This document shows, in pieces, positions 1-13,239 of a stretch of 64,000 nucleotides of DNA. This stretch comes from Squalus acanthias (taxonomy: Eukaryota): contig CM059433.1 in the NCBI GenBank assembly GCA_030390025.1, forward strand, positions 96,348,001 to 96,412,000. The letters run 5' to 3'. The position numbers and the translations under genes are program-made. Each line of letters starts with the position of its first letter. Positions within the stretch are counted from its first letter, which is position 1. The notes under the pieces were generated by a model. It was not told the DNA's origin. It saw nothing but the letters and a program-made list of their open reading frames with translations, and made no database searches.

Positions 1-142
1 TGTCTTTGCAGTGCTCTGCAGCTCCTGCACTGCTGGCTCACCAGCTTTTACATGGAAAAAACGTGCATGCGCAGAATTTTGAATGGGCCACGCAGCCCGT
101 TAAAGGGGCTGTGCGGCCCAAAAAAAAATTAGAGGAACATTG
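1..142. mobile_element. Right end of a probable hAT-type non-autonomous element inserted in the Harbinger transposase
   Basis: Transposase similarity stops abruptly at ~143. The end reads TTAGAGGAACATTG (rc CAATGTTCCTCTAA), resembling CA(A/G)TGTTCCCTCTAA hAT termini. The other end is outside the window. Confidence 0.5.
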
Positions 143-1166
143 CTGATAGGTGGTGGCAAGGGCTGTTTCCTCATAATGGCCAGGTTGTGCAGCATGCAGC
201 ATACTACTACAAATCTTGATAGCCGCTCAGCTGAGAACTGCAGGGCTCCTCCAGAGTTGTCCAGGCAGTGGAAGCGTTGCTTGAGGATGCCAATGGTATG
301 CTCTATAATGTTCCTTGTGGCAGAATGGCTCTCATTGTATGCCTGCAGTGCATGTGTGCGTGGGTTCTGGACCGGAGTCATGAGCCATATCGTTAGTGGA
401 TATCCCTTGTTGCCCAGTATCCAGCCTTTGACTTGCCGTGGTGGGTCAAATACAGTTGGCACAGAGGACTGTTGCAGAATGGAGGAATCGTGACTACTGC
501 CAGGATAACGGGTATTTACCTGCGTGATGCGCTGCCTGTGGGCGCACACCAGCTGCACATTGAGGGAATGGATCCATTGCGGTTCATGAAAGTTGCCGAA
601 TTGACATGAGGCGCACATAAGGCAACGTGCTTGCAGTCAATGGCACCCTGCACCATGGGGAAACCTACAATCTGTGCAAACTCTCGTGCTCGCTCTGCCC
701 GCTTGTCTCTTGCAAGAGAGAATGAGATGAAGCTGCATCGAGAGCCTCAGTGACCTCCTTTATGCAGAAGTGCACTTCAAACTGCGAGTTGTTGCTTATA
801 TCTCCAGCAGCAGCCTGCAAGGAGCCAGATGTATAAAGGTTAAGAGCCACAGTCACCTTGACAGCCACAGGCAATGTGGTCCTTGCCCTGCTTTGAGTTT
901 GGAGTTGCGGCTGCAGCAGTTGGCAGACTTCAGTCACAACCTTTAGTGAAGCGAAGATGTCTCAAGCATTAGTCCTCGCTGAAGTTGAGGTAAGGGAATT
1001 GCTTCCTGCTGCGAGTCCTTCTCCCCATCCTCCTCCCTCTTCTAGCAGCTTGTCCTGCTCTGTGTGGCCTCTGTTCATTCTCCCAGTCATGCTCAATTCC
1101 AATAGGAAGGCCTACCAGGCCACCCAATGTCTGGAAGCAAAAGTACTTCAGCACCAGCCAGGCCAC
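143..1166 (-). pseudogene. Harbinger (HARBI1-like) DDE transposase, frameshifted
   Basis: ORF pieces 969-1166, 665-937 and 100-618 give [19 protein letters not shown] (~630-650), [24 protein letters not shown] (second catalytic D changed to N), IEHTIGILKQRF, CCMLHN. Confidence 0.92.
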
Positions 1167-1578
1167 TCTCTGTATACTACTGAAACTTTAGGCAACTATC
1201 AGAAAGCTCCAAAAAGGCATGCAATTGCACCAGCAGATAGAAGAAATAATCCAGCAACTAACCTGTAAGTAGTTCATGATCCCTTTAACTAGCACTGGTG
1301 GGGGGTCCTACATATCGTTTAACGTCAAGTGCACCAGTGCGAGGTTAAGAGAGGGCTTGGGCAGATGTGTGGCGTCACACACTGATTGACGTCATAATCT
1401 GCCTGCATTGCAGGCTGCTGGTGTTCGTTAGGTGCGGCGCGTGCCACCCCCTCCACTAAGCTGCTGTCCGGCGCACTGCCCGCCCATAGTGTGCGTGCGC
1501 TCTCAGATGCCATTTTCAAGTGTTAGGAGGCTGTGTAGCGCCTAAAAAACGGGCGCTACAAGGATGAATTTCTCCCCC
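143..1578 (-). mobile_element. PIF/Harbinger transposon, right part (decayed)
   Basis: Contains a transposase relic. Terminus AATTTCTCCCCC at 1567-1578 (rc GGGGGAGAAATT) is identical to the left TIR at 30647. Subterminal TAGCGCC/GGCGCTA motifs are present. Confidence 0.85.
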
Positions 1579-2232
1579 TATATAATTTAATTGTGATTTT
1601 CACAGACTCTGCAACTCATGAAAAATGTATAATTCTGATTATGTATGCTATAATAAAGTTGCAGTGTACCTTTAAAGGCACCACAGTAGAATACTGCGGA
1701 TGGAAATTGTATTCGAATTTTTATATGGGCAGCTAGCTTATATATTCCCCATATATGCAGTTAAGTGAAATCGACTGTATTTTCTAATCCCTAAAGAATA
1801 TCTTTCTAGACTTTACAGTTGACTGTCAAAGAGCCCTGGAAATAGACTGCGCTCATACAAAAACCTCAAAAATCCATCAGGAATGAGGTGTTTCATCATG
1901 GTAGGAGAAACCAGGTTGTGATCTACTTTTCTGTGCTAAAATGTCAAGAGAAGTGTCTTGCTCTTTTTCCTTAATAATGCATTCAATTATATTTCAACAT
2001 TTTCTCCATAATGCAAATGGTCCAGGTGGATTTAAGAGAAAGGTCTGGGGGAGGGGATGATTTACAAGTGAACACACTGCAGTGAATGCAAGAAGCATGT
2101 TGGTTTTAGGCTAAACAGTGTAGTTGTGTTCCCCATGGCATGTCAATCATAACTCTGCAAGGAGAGAGAGGGAAAAGCACTAAGCCCAATGTCCCTAGAG
2201 AGAGTGAATGATAGAGAAAGAGAAAGAAAGAC

Positions 2233-2252
2233 GAGAGAGAGAGAGAGAGAGA
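2233..2252. repeat. (GA)n microsatellite
   Basis: Direct reading. Confidence 0.85.
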
Positions 2253-2879
2253 CCACAAGCAAAAAGTACCTATTGACTAAACATGAGACACAGTTCCTTT
2301 TAAAAGTTTAACTCCTTCACACTTAAAGATATTGGTGATTTGTTGGTCGTAATCAAATGGCCTTAAGTCCTACAGTTTCCTCTCAATCAAACTCATGAAC
2401 TACAGCTCCCTTCTCCCTTCTCACCCCTCCCCAACCCCCAAATACATTTTATTTATATTTCACTTTCATAGGAACAATGTAGGAAGTATAGGAGCCGAGA
2501 AATCACTGCAGTCCATCTGGCTGGTCCTAATAATTAATCTCTCAATTATCCATCCCCTCAAATACCTATCAATTGAGGCTTAGATGTTTCCACTCATTCA
2601 CCAGCCTCTGTGTAAAGTAATTAAATCTAAACTGACTGTTCCTCACCCTTTTCTAAGTTTGAATCTGTGTCTCCTGTTTCTGTAGTCAGTGGCAATTTTG
2701 AACATATTGTTAGGGTTCAGTTTATCAATTCCCTTTGGAATCTTGAAAGCTTGAATAATATCCTCTGTGAGCATTCTCTTCTCCACAGTAAACAATCCCA
2801 CTCTCTTCAACTTCTCTTCAGAGCTCAGATGCCTTAAGCTAGGCATCAGTTTGGTTGCCCTTTTCTGAACTGACCCCAT

Positions 2880-3672
2880 GGGGTCGATATTAACCCCCAC
2901 ACAACAGGCGGGAGAGGGTCGGGGGGTGGGGGCGCGGTAAAAAATTAAAAATCGTGCCTTGCCACCCCACCCCTCCATGTATGCGCCTGCTGCCATTTTT
3001 ATGGCGGCGAGTTGCGTGCCGTGTCTGTGTCCCATTCTCAAGAAGCAGGACATTTCATTACAATATTTAAATCAGGTTCCCATGGTGCAGTTGGGAGTCT
3101 GATTCATATTTACTTCTGAAAGGCCGGGTTTCCCAGGGCTCGGGAAACCTGGCAACTAAGTGGAGATGGGAGCAGCCAGATCCAGCAGGCAGGTGTTGTT
3201 TATAGCACTGCTTGTGAGCTAGGACGAGCAGGTAAGAGCTCCCTCCAGACCCTGAAGGAGATCTTCTGCCGCAATTGGCCAACAATCCCCCTTCTCCAGA
3301 CCCGCGACCCTGAGCCGTCTGCCCCACAATCTCCCCCTCCCGATTGCCAGTCCGATCCCCACCCTGACCCTCCCCTCTGCCCCACAATCTCCCCCTCCCG
3401 ATTGCCAGTCCGATCTCCACCCCCACCCTCCCCTCTGCCCCACAATCTCTCCCTCCCGATTGCCAGTCCGTCCCCCACCCCCACCCTCCCTTCTGCCCCA
3501 CTGGCTTGCCTGCCCAGCACCAGGCCAGATTGCCAGGGAAACGGAATTAAAAAATGATAATGAGGTTCTGCTGTTAAATCCAGCAGGAAATCTGCGTTCC
3601 TGGGACTTCCAGGATTCCCCCTGTAACCGCACTCCTCTGCTCCCTCCACGCCGCCCCATAAATATCGGGGCC
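2880..3672. mobile_element. Harbinger-type MITE with internal 58-bp tandem repeat
   Basis: Imperfect TIRs GGGGTCGATATT / AATATCGGGGCC with a 3-bp TSD CAT on both sides. It interrupts the CR1. Confidence 0.8.
3318..3500. repeat. 58-bp C-rich tandem repeat, ~3 copies
   Basis: GCCCCACAAT recurs at 3321, 3379 and 3437, with a partial copy at 3495. Confidence 0.9.
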
Positions 3673-4080
3673 CATACCTAGATATCCTTGTTGCAGTACG
3701 GTGATCAGATCATGACCGTACAATAGTTTTGTACAAACTCATTGGGGTAGATTTTCCCTCTGGGCTGGCAAGAGACCCACTTTATTTTGAGGGCCAGCCC
3801 TCATTAACATATGAACGGCAAGCTAGGGGCGAGAAAGGGGCAGCCTTTTCGCTCTGGGTATTCACAATGTCAGGCAGCCTGCCTCCAGTCTGGAGAAAGG
3901 CAGGCGTGTGGGAGCAGGGGTGTGGTGCGATCTCAGAAGAGGGGACCCGGTGTGGCAGTGACCCAGGTTGTTTTGTGGCGCCCTGAGGATCACTTTAGCT
4001 CGAGGCTCATAACTTTACTTTGGATTGGTCTTTTGTCAAAATTATTTTGCTCTTTATTTGGAAGTCTCCCTGGACACTGT

Positions 4081-5854
4081 GGCTGCGAATTTAATGGAGG
4101 GGGCGGGATGGTGGTGGGGGAGCTGGTTTCCTGGTTCCGGTCCCGTTCCCATCTGCAGCTGCTCTGTAGACCTGATTTTCCCTTGATTGTCCTTGTTAAG
4201 CCCGCCCTGTGGGCTTCCCGACCAATTAACAGGAAGCGGGCCTGATGACATCATTTGATGATGCATCATCAGCCGGTTTCCTTAAAGGGACCACATCAAC
4301 ATAGAGTTTGACAGGTGTTCTGTCAGTGTTTGACAGCATTGAGGCGCTGCAAACACTGACAAGCACTGCACAAAGGTGAACGCTTGCACCCAGGCTCTCC
4401 AATGACTCCCTCCACTGCACGCAGGGAGGTTCTCTTCCCTTCCAAGGGCTGAAGAGACCTCCCCAGGACACCAATGCAGCCTGGTTGCACATTGCACAGG
4501 AGGGCAAAAGCAGGGATGTCATCAGAGGTCCCTAGCTGCAGTGGCGCCAACCTTTCAATGATCTCAGTGGATCACGAAACGTTACCGCAAAGCCATACTC
4601 AAACTCACCCTGCTGTGCCACTCAACACATCCCCATCACTCTGCCTTCCATACCCTTCTCCTGCACATCCTTACTCACATCAACTTACCTTGCAACTCCA
4701 CCCAACCCTCTCTATCTACTTTATCACTTCCCCATCTCACTAGCCACCCCTCACACTCACCCTCATCCTACTTCAAGCATACCAACTAACAAAAGGGTAG
4801 GCACTTAAGAAGTTTAGCCAATGTCCATGTGAAGTTTCTGGCAATGTGTTGTCATACAGTGAAATTTATTTTTCCAAAAGTGCCCCTTATTAGACTGATC
4901 TGAGTGCACCTTGAGAAGTGTCTTACTGAGTTCCAGTGATTGTTCAGTCGTAACTTCTCACCCCCCCCCCCCCATAGTGATGTGTGTGCATGGAATGGCT
5001 TGGACATTAAAGGGATGCTTCACGGTGTTGGTGTGGGATGGTGTCAACCTGGCGCATCATGTGGCAGTCAGGGTTTACAGTGTCAAGTGAAGAAAATTTG
5101 GCCATGGTGATGCCATCGCTGGCCTCCTGGGCAGCAATGTTGTCAGGGGCTGATGCCCTGTGTCCAGGGCAGCATCAGGTGATGGCAGAGAAGGTTGGTG
5201 ATGTTGTTGGTGATGTTGGTGTACCTGGTGATGGTGATGTTGGTGTTGGGGCTGATCGTGGAAGGATTCGGGGGACCAAGGTCTGATTGTTTCCATGGCT
5301 TTGATGTTGCTGCAATAGGTGGCAGCTGCAGGTGAGATGACAGAAGCGATCTGTCAATGGTGAGAGAGGTTCTCCCAATGAGGTGGCACTGGACATACAG
5401 TTGGATTTAAAAGTTGTAAGCTAAAGAAATCTGTATATGTATTAAAAATTCAGTAACCAACATTTTCTTTGCTCTGAAACTTATCATCTGCAACATGGCA
5501 TCCTTGACACCACTTCTGCAGCTGTCAGCTTTTCACAAACATCAAAGCAGACTCAGAACACACCAGGTTGAGCTGGCATGTTCCCCAAACAGCGTGTAAC
5601 CCATGGGGGAGCATGTAAAATTAGAAGTAAGCCTCAAAATAGTCTTAAATTGGCTCTTAACAAGCCATTTAACAAGCTGAATTGTATCCCCCGCCGCTTG
5701 GTGTCGGGTCAGTTCTCCGCTGACAGACCCGACACCTGGGAGACTCGCGTGGAGGCGGGTTGACAGCGGGTTTCCTACCCACTGTCAATCTTTGCTATTT
5801 TGACAGCGGACCCGCCTCCAAACCCGCCCCCTGAGCGCGATTACATTCGCGGCC
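4081..5854 (+). mobile_element. Non-autonomous Harbinger (~1.75-kb deletion derivative), copy 1
   Basis: Ends GGCTGCGAAT / ATTCGCGGCC. Carries a Myb/SANT exon-1 relic on + and the His/Gln-rich transposase N-terminus on - (5075-5296). Collinear with 7184-8914. Confidence 0.85.
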
Positions 5855-5989
5855 ACATCTTGTTTGGGGGAAATATTTTCCCCACAGGGACCCACATCTT
5901 TATCATTTATTTATTGGAACAGGAAGAGAAGGAGGAGCAGTAGGCAGCCTGGGAAACCAAACTTATAAGGCAGCACTGCAGTGCGAGAC

Positions 5990-7088
5990 CCTCCTGCAAA
6001 TACCCAATCACCAGGATTGTGCAAATTGCCTGCCACATTTGCCTACAAAAGAGCAATGACTATAAAGTGAAACCTGTACAAACGGACACTCCCAACAAAT
6101 GGACACCTGCAAAAAATGGACATTAATTGACAGTCCAAAATAACTTATATTATAACAGATATAAGCTGCACCTTGAAACCACGAACACTCGCAAATTACG
6201 AACTATGGAATTTCCATGCAACGTAATGGCATGTCTGTTTACAACTTAAAACACGGAACACGCACGTCAGTGCGAGACGACAGCGGGTGAAAGAAATGGC
6301 TTTTGTGGAATGGGGAACTCTTTACCCGGCATCCATAGCAGCAGAAAACCGCTCTATCGCTGGGATTGAATGCTTGCATGGCTCGATCCCAGGGATAGAG
6401 CAGTTTCTCTGCTGCTATGGAGGCTGGGTAATGAACTCCCCATTTGTCAAAAGCTGGGAAGTACATCGGACAACACCACATCTCACTCCACCATTATGTC
6501 AGGTACTGATGAGCTGCTAACAGCCCCCTATCCATCCCCCAGCACTTCAAACATTAGCAGCTGCAGTACACGGAGGGAGGGGTGACAGGACAGGGGTCTG
6601 CAGGACATGAATTCCCCAAATTTGGCTGGGATCTCCCAGGCACTCTGGCCCTACAGCAGCCACCTTGCCCTGTGCAGGCAGCCAACGTAGCAGATCCCCA
6701 GAACATAACATCCCTCCCTCAATGGAAAAGCACCCCAGGATGGCAATGAACTGGGGAACCCAATTAACAGAAAATAGAACTGAATTCACATCCTGCTGGC
6801 AGGGCTCCAGAATTAGGCAATATCCCAGGTGATGGTGAAAAAAAGAAGGAACTGCTGCAGGACATACAACCAATCCCAGGATATTTGGCTCATCTAGTTT
6901 ACTGTATGTACAATGACCATTTTGAAAATAAGGACACCTACAAAAAAAGGACAGTTGATGCCAGTCCCTAAGGTGTCCGTCATTTACGGGTTTCACTGTA
7001 TTTTAAAAGTAATTTATTGGCTGGGAAGCACTTTGGGATGTCCTGAGGATGTGAACACTGCTATATAATTGCAAGTTATTGCTTTCTT
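5990..7088 (+). mobile_element. Decayed tRNA-derived SINE (same type as 57543-57965), split by a Tigger-like MITE
   Basis: TTGCCTGCCACATTTGCCTACA...GACTA | insert | TTTTAAAAGTAATTTATTGGCTG...CACTTTGGGATGTCC...CTATATAATTGCAAG matches the reverse complement of the SINE 3' part. Confidence 0.6.
6065..6998. mobile_element. Tc1/mariner-pogo (Tigger-like) non-autonomous element
   Basis: TIRs (A)AGTGAAACCTGTACAAACGGACAC and rc CAGTGAAACCCGTAAATGACGGACAC, TA on both flanks, and repeated subterminal GGACAC motifs. Confidence 0.75.
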
Positions 7089-7183
7089 TACAAGGGCCAA
7101 TAAAGAGTTTCCTTTTTACAGGTTTTTAAGCTATTTCTGGCTTGTCTTTCTTAATGTTTTGGGAGATATTGTGCCAACACTGA

Positions 7184-8914
7184 GGGCAGGATTTTCCCTG
7201 CGGAGGCGGGATGGCGGTGGGTGAGTTGGTTGGCGGGTTCCAGTCCCGCTCCCATCTGCAGCCGCTCTCTGAAAATGATTTTCCGTAGATTGGGCTTGTT
7301 AAACCCGCCCTGCGGGTTACCCGGCCAATTAATAGGAAGCGGGTCTGATGACGTCATTTGTGACGCGTCATCAGCCGGTTTCCTTAAAGGGACCACGGCC
7401 ACATTGATTTTGACAAGCACTGCACAAAGGTGCACGGCTGCACCCAGGCTCCCCCATTACTCCCTCCACATGCTTATGGAGGGAGTCACAGCACGCAGGG
7501 AGGTTCTCTTCCCTTCCCATGGGCGGAAGAGACCTCCCCAGGACACCAACACAGCCTGGTTGCACATTGCACAGGAGGGCACAAGCAGGGATGTCATCAG
7601 GAGTGCCTGGCTGCAGTGGCACAAACCTTTCAATGATCTCAGTAGATCACAAAATGTTACTGCAAAGTCACACTCAACCTCATCCTCCTGTGCCACTCAT
7701 CACATACCCATCACTCTGCCTTCCCTGCCCTACTCCTGCACCTCCTTACTCACACCAAATGATCTTGCACCTCCATTCATCCCTCTCTATCTACATCATC
7801 ACTTCCCCATCTCACTAGCTACCCCTCACACTGACCCTCATCCTAGTCCAATCATACCAACTAACAACACACAAGGGTAGGCACTTGGGTGTTTTATGCA
7901 ATGTTCATGTAAAGTTTCTGTTAATGTGGTGTCAAACATTGAAACCTTCATTTTGAACACTTTGCATTCTTGGACAGATTTGTGTGTACCTTTGGAAGTG
8001 TCTTAGTGAGTTGCAGTGAATGGTGAGACGTAACGGTACCTCCCGCAATGGTGATGAGTGTGAAAGGAATGGCTTGGGCATTGTAGGGATGCTTTATGGT
8101 GCTGGTGTGGGCTGGTGCCAACCTGGTGCATCATGTGGTAGCCAGGGTGTACAGCGTTAAGTGAAGTAAATCTGGCATGGTGAGGCCATCCCTGGCCTCC
8201 CGGACAGCAATGTGGTCAGGTGCTGATACCTTGTGTCCTGTGCAGTATCAGTTGATTGCGCAGAAGGTTGGTGTTGTTGTTGTTGGTGATGTTGGTATGC
8301 CTGGTGATGTTGGTGTTGGCCTGATCGTGGAGGGCTTCAGAGGACCAAGGTGAGATTTTTTCAAGGGCACCGATGTTGCTGGAATAGATGGCAGCTGAAG
8401 TTGAGATGGCAGAAGCGATCTGTCAATGGTGAGAGAGCTTGCTCCAAGGAGATGGCAGTGCATATAGAGTTAACACCACACACTTACAGCTTCCAGACAG
8501 ATCAAATGTGTCATCCAAATCCTGAAATCAGACACCTCTGACATTTGAAAGTGAACAGATATGAGAGTTCAGCTTTTATACTGCAGTTGCAGCTGTGAAC
8601 TATGCAGCTCGCTGCTACTCCCGACATACTTACCTGATGTGATCTCCGAACATCGTGAAACCCGTTTAACAAGCGGGAAAATAGGAAAAGGCTGTCCAAA
8701 TAGCAATTAACAAGCACTTAACAAGGAGTTAAGTGTCTTAAATCCCTCACCCGCCGCTTGATGTCGGGTCTGTTCTGAGATCGCAGACCCGACACTCTTG
8801 AAACTCACATGGAGGCGGGATCATGGTGGGTTGACAACCCGCCGTCAATCATTTTGAATTTAACAGCTGACCCGCCTCCGAACCCGCCCTCTGAGCGCCG
8901 GCAAAATCGCGGCC
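7184..8914 (+). mobile_element. Non-autonomous Harbinger (~1.75-kb deletion derivative), copy 2
   Basis: Ends GGGCAGGATTTT / AAAATCGCGGCC with flanks TGA/TTA. Myb/SANT relic AAPR...LMEGVTARREVLFPSHGRKRPPQDTNTAWLHIAQE...FNDL. Right end closely matches 58800-59335. Confidence 0.88.
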
Positions 8915-10134
8915 TTAGGTTCTCATGAGCCTTAATGGCAATTGTTTAATTTATATTTTGCTCACAGAACCATTACCAGCACCAATAGATATCCCAGTGG
9001 GAATCATTCAACTGACGTGCTTTGAAGAAGAAGGCTGCAGGAGAGGTGCTCTGTGCCCATCCACCAGTACCCACACCTTGGATCTGCAGTCAGAGGTGAA
9101 CGTACCTTACTTTTTTCAAATGGATTCAGAGGTTCCAACCCTCGAGTTAAATTATGACATCAGGCCAGATAGCACAGATATATGTGAAGGGATGACTCAC
9201 TGGTATGCTGAATCATTTTTTGGAAGCATGCTAGCCATCACATGCTTTGCTTTACATTGTACTGCATGAAATAAGTTATGCCAGGGTGATCATCAACCTG
9301 TTTGGTTGTACCAGAAACCATAATTGCAGGCATTGTCACATCAAGCTGGCAATAACTACCTTCGCAGATTCCAGGCCAGCCGTGAGGCCAAATGGAGTAA
9401 GCGCACTTGCTACTGACATGTACCATAGGGCTGGTACATTCAGTGATAGTACCAGTCAACTACATCATCAAGTCTGCCTCCTCCTCTTTCCAGGCATGCT
9501 GCAATGCAGTCTTATGAACACGGTGCAGGGGACAACCCTCCATGTGGTCATGTCGTAAAGCACCAATTCTGCTTTAGCAGCCATCAGAAGGGTTGGCCAC
9601 TCGGTTGCTCTGTTATTTGCCTGCAGACACATGCCTGCACCTTGTGCTTACTATCCCTTTGTTTTTTCCTGTCACTTCTTCATCTTTTGCCCCTTCAGCC
9701 TTGGCAAAGGCTGCTAATGGGTTGAGATACTCTTTGAGGCTTTCTAGAGGCTTTCAGAATTTTTGTCAGCCCATTGTGCCAATCCACTTTAATTGTCTCC
9801 ATCCGTCTAAATTTCACTTAATTGCAAGTTTCTGCCTACGCCAGTAGTGTGCTTCCTCCACTCATCCAAATCTAACCGTAGATCTGTGAACAATTATGCA
9901 AATGGCCTGACCCATGAAATTTCAGTGCTATTATCACATTAGCATTCTGATAAGATTAGCACCGGTTCTTAACCATTTGGAACTGACATACGCCATTAGA
10001 GAAAAATTGGCCTTCGAGGTTCTACTCAAACCTTTCTAACTGTATCCTCCAACACTGAAGAAAACCAGCAAGTGAAGACCTGTCATAAGTCCTCAGTTCA
10101 GAGCATTTTCTTAAAACTTGTTTTTACAATATAA

Positions 10135-10301
10135 GGGGTGAATTTCTGCGGGGGTTTTGCCTGATTACTCACCATAGCTTCAGCGGAAATTCAGGTAAAA
10201 TGGCATAAATGGCTTTTAGGCCATTTATCCAGGATTTCCGTGGCTCCTCAATCAAAGTTCAGGCAGATGAGCAGGAAAAACCCCCTCAGATATTCACCCC
10301 C
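10135..10301. mobile_element. Short hairpin MITE (Harbinger/Tourist-like)
   Basis: GGGGTGAATTTCTGCGGGGGTTTT ... AAAAACCCCCTCAGATATTCACCCC inverted ends and a central palindrome ATAAATGGC-TTTTAG-GCCATTTAT. Confidence 0.65.
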
Positions 10302-13239
10302 ATAGCGAGAGCATATTGGATACAAAGACAACTGACACAGAAACTGGAGAGACAAGTGGATATGTACACGTCATTGGAGCAGTAACTCTTCACAGATTTC
10401 ACTGAAAAGACAAAAAGTAAAATTGTTTTATTTTGGCTAGCATTGAAATTTGGCCCTTGCATGCATTTTGATAACAGTTATTACTAGACTCATTCATAGG
10501 TTCCAGCAGTACATCATCTGTCAAAAAAGGGGACTGGTATTTCTATGTCAATGCTTTGTCAATTATCTTCTGGAAGCAAAAACAAAAATAAAAAAAAAAA
10601 ACGAGATGCATAATGACATGTTAGGCAGGACATCACTTACAGTTGGCTAGTCACAATCGTCAAGGTTCAGTTCCATTTAGCTTTGTGTTGGTGAAAGAAC
10701 TTTTCATTTGGGGATATGTGAAGCATTCTACCACTGCTGCCTGCCCCCAGGCTACCCCTGAGTGCCAGTCTTGTCACTGGGTTTCTTATCTGATGCTCTG
10801 TTGAAATTAACTGCATATGCTGGCTGGCCTAAACATTAGAGACAGGCTTTAAATCAACCATTTACCAACAGTTAACATATCCAAAATGTCACCAAGCCCA
10901 ATGCCTTCGCTTTTAACTCTTTCAGTGATGTCACTGCTTTCTGTATCTTGGTGGAAAAGTATATGCTACGTCTCAAATGCTTTTAATTCACTCCCTGAAT
11001 ATTAATCCAGTAATATAAATAATAGATTAATATTGCTTATTATTCCATTATTGAAATAAATAGAAAGCATCCCTTTCTGGTGTAGGCAAAGGGCATCCTT
11101 TGTTCCATAGTGGAAAATTTACAACTATTTACAAATTAACCTTTTTACTAATGCTGATTTTTTTACTTTCCAAAACACACAGCTTTTAGCTATCTTTTCA
11201 AGTGGGAGTAAAGGAGTTTTCTTATGCTATTATGAACTTCATTTAGACGATAAGGCCAACGATATTTCTTAATTCATAGTTTCATTGATGAAACTGGAAC
11301 ACTTTCATTTTATTGCACTTCTGATTTTGGTACAGTAATGCCACTGGACTCCTACAAATCATACTAGCAATGATCTTTTTAATTTCTGTATTGTTATTCC
11401 TTCAGGAGCTTAAATAATTGTACTGCCATACAAACGCTCAAATGTCGTGAAATTCCATTTATATAATGGAGATATTGGGGCTGAAAATCCATGGACCCAA
11501 TATCCAGGCGTAAGTGTCAAGACACACCTGCTAGGAACCTTCATGGCTGACTCCGCTGGACTTTCTGAGGTCATCGGGAGTTTCCCTCATCAGCATTTCA
11601 ACGGGTAGGTGCCCGCACCACTGCGGGCATAGCTTGGGCACTGGCAAAAGAAGGAGGTCGGGAAATGTGGCTCTGGCTAACTGCTCGCTGACCTGCCAGC
11701 ATCCAGCCCATAAGAGGGCAAAGATTAGCCCTATCATACTGGCTTACCAGTGGATCACAGGCCAGGGCCAAGGAAACTACAGGCCTGGAGGTCCCCACAC
11801 CCCAGCCACACATCCTCTGATGCAGGTGACCTGTTTGGGGTGGTAGAGCCCCTGCAGAAACTTTCGTTGAAGGCTGGCACCAGGTCTATTTCCCAAGCCT
11901 GCTGCCGCACCAATAATGAGAGTGCGTCAGAAGGCAAAGCTTTTTTTCTGTATTTACCAAACGTTGATACAAAGACACAATTTGCATCATAATAAGCCAT
12001 TGCATTGGAAAAATGTCATTGTGTCATTGTAACGTGATTGTGATGGAAACACGTGCATTCGCTTTGGCTGCGTCCATCCCTGTTGACTGCCACTTTGAAA
12101 CTTCTAATCCATTTATGGTATAACCGAATGCAATAATACTTCTGTTAAAATGAAATTACTACCTACATATAATGAAAATGTTCCTCTGTTTAGTCTGTGA
12201 GGAACAATGGAATGCAGTTCACTCATCGATAGAAACTGTTGCCTCCAGTGCACTTCAAGTATCGTGGGTAATGCATGCCATGAGACATCTACAAGTATGT
12301 ATAAAATATGTGCAATGCAATGCATAATGCTTAATGACACTGCCTGAAATTAAATATTGAAATGTGAAATTGGTAAAGTAATGTAAAACTTAACTCTATG
12401 TGTCATAACTAGAATATTTTGCTTTTTTGTTTTGCTATGTTAAATATTCTGTACTATTTATTGTGTATTAAATTCTTGTACTTTTTTAATTAAAAGCAAT
12501 TTCTTTGTAATTCATTGATAAATACGCAACAGTCCGTAGATGTTTGACTAAATTTGAAATGTTTCAAGTTTCAGCAATAATGTTCCAACCACATTGCTGG
12601 TTCCCAAAAGTAAGCATTTTGTTCTTGGTGCCTAAAAGTAAACTTGCAATTTTGTAAATTGTTTTATAAATACTCATAAGGTCATTCTGGTGAATTTAGC
12701 TTACTGCTGTGTGTCTGCAACGGATGTTGTTTTCCTTTGTCCACGACCTGAATGGAGTGGGAGACAAGTAATTTGAATAGATCAGGTTGCTTCCTCCCAG
12801 TAACTGTAGCAATAAATTTCAATAGTTACAACCAACTTCTGATTTGATGTCCTTAAAAACTATTGTGGCAACATTTGTGCTGCCACAGTGTATGATTCAG
12901 TAGGTACTGTTGGGTGAATTTTTCCAATCAAAAAATCTGTCAGAATTGCCTTTCAGCCTGTAATCTGGAAGATGTTCATCTTTAATAGTCAACTTTTATC
13001 TGTATGCTTTTCTGACTGCTTGCATTGCCTAAAATTCCTCTATTTATTATCTCTACTTGTATGCAACTTTCAATTCAGTGAACTTGGCTTAATCTTTGAT
13101 TTTGTCATATAGCTTCTCAGACATATGCATTTTAATAGAATTTCCTTTTTTCCAAAATTATGACACTTTATGACATTTCTTTTCAGTAGTTTCACTTCCA
13201 ATGCACTTTTTCACTTTATACTCTTAGTCCCCACCAAAT

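Larger units (their letters stand above)
2468..3740 (-). mobile_element. Old CR1 LINE 3' fragment, split by a MITE
   Basis: 2643-2880 translates VQKRATKLMPSLRHLSSEEKLKRVGLFTVEKR...RRHRFKL (CR1 ORF2 C-terminus). Similarity resumes after 3673 (YC...SPY..KDI). Confidence 0.75.

Noticed and set aside
8925-9850. Cluster of short ORFs, possibly host exons
   Set aside because: No coherent splice structure or domain. Possibly a very old Harbinger relic, but too decayed to call.
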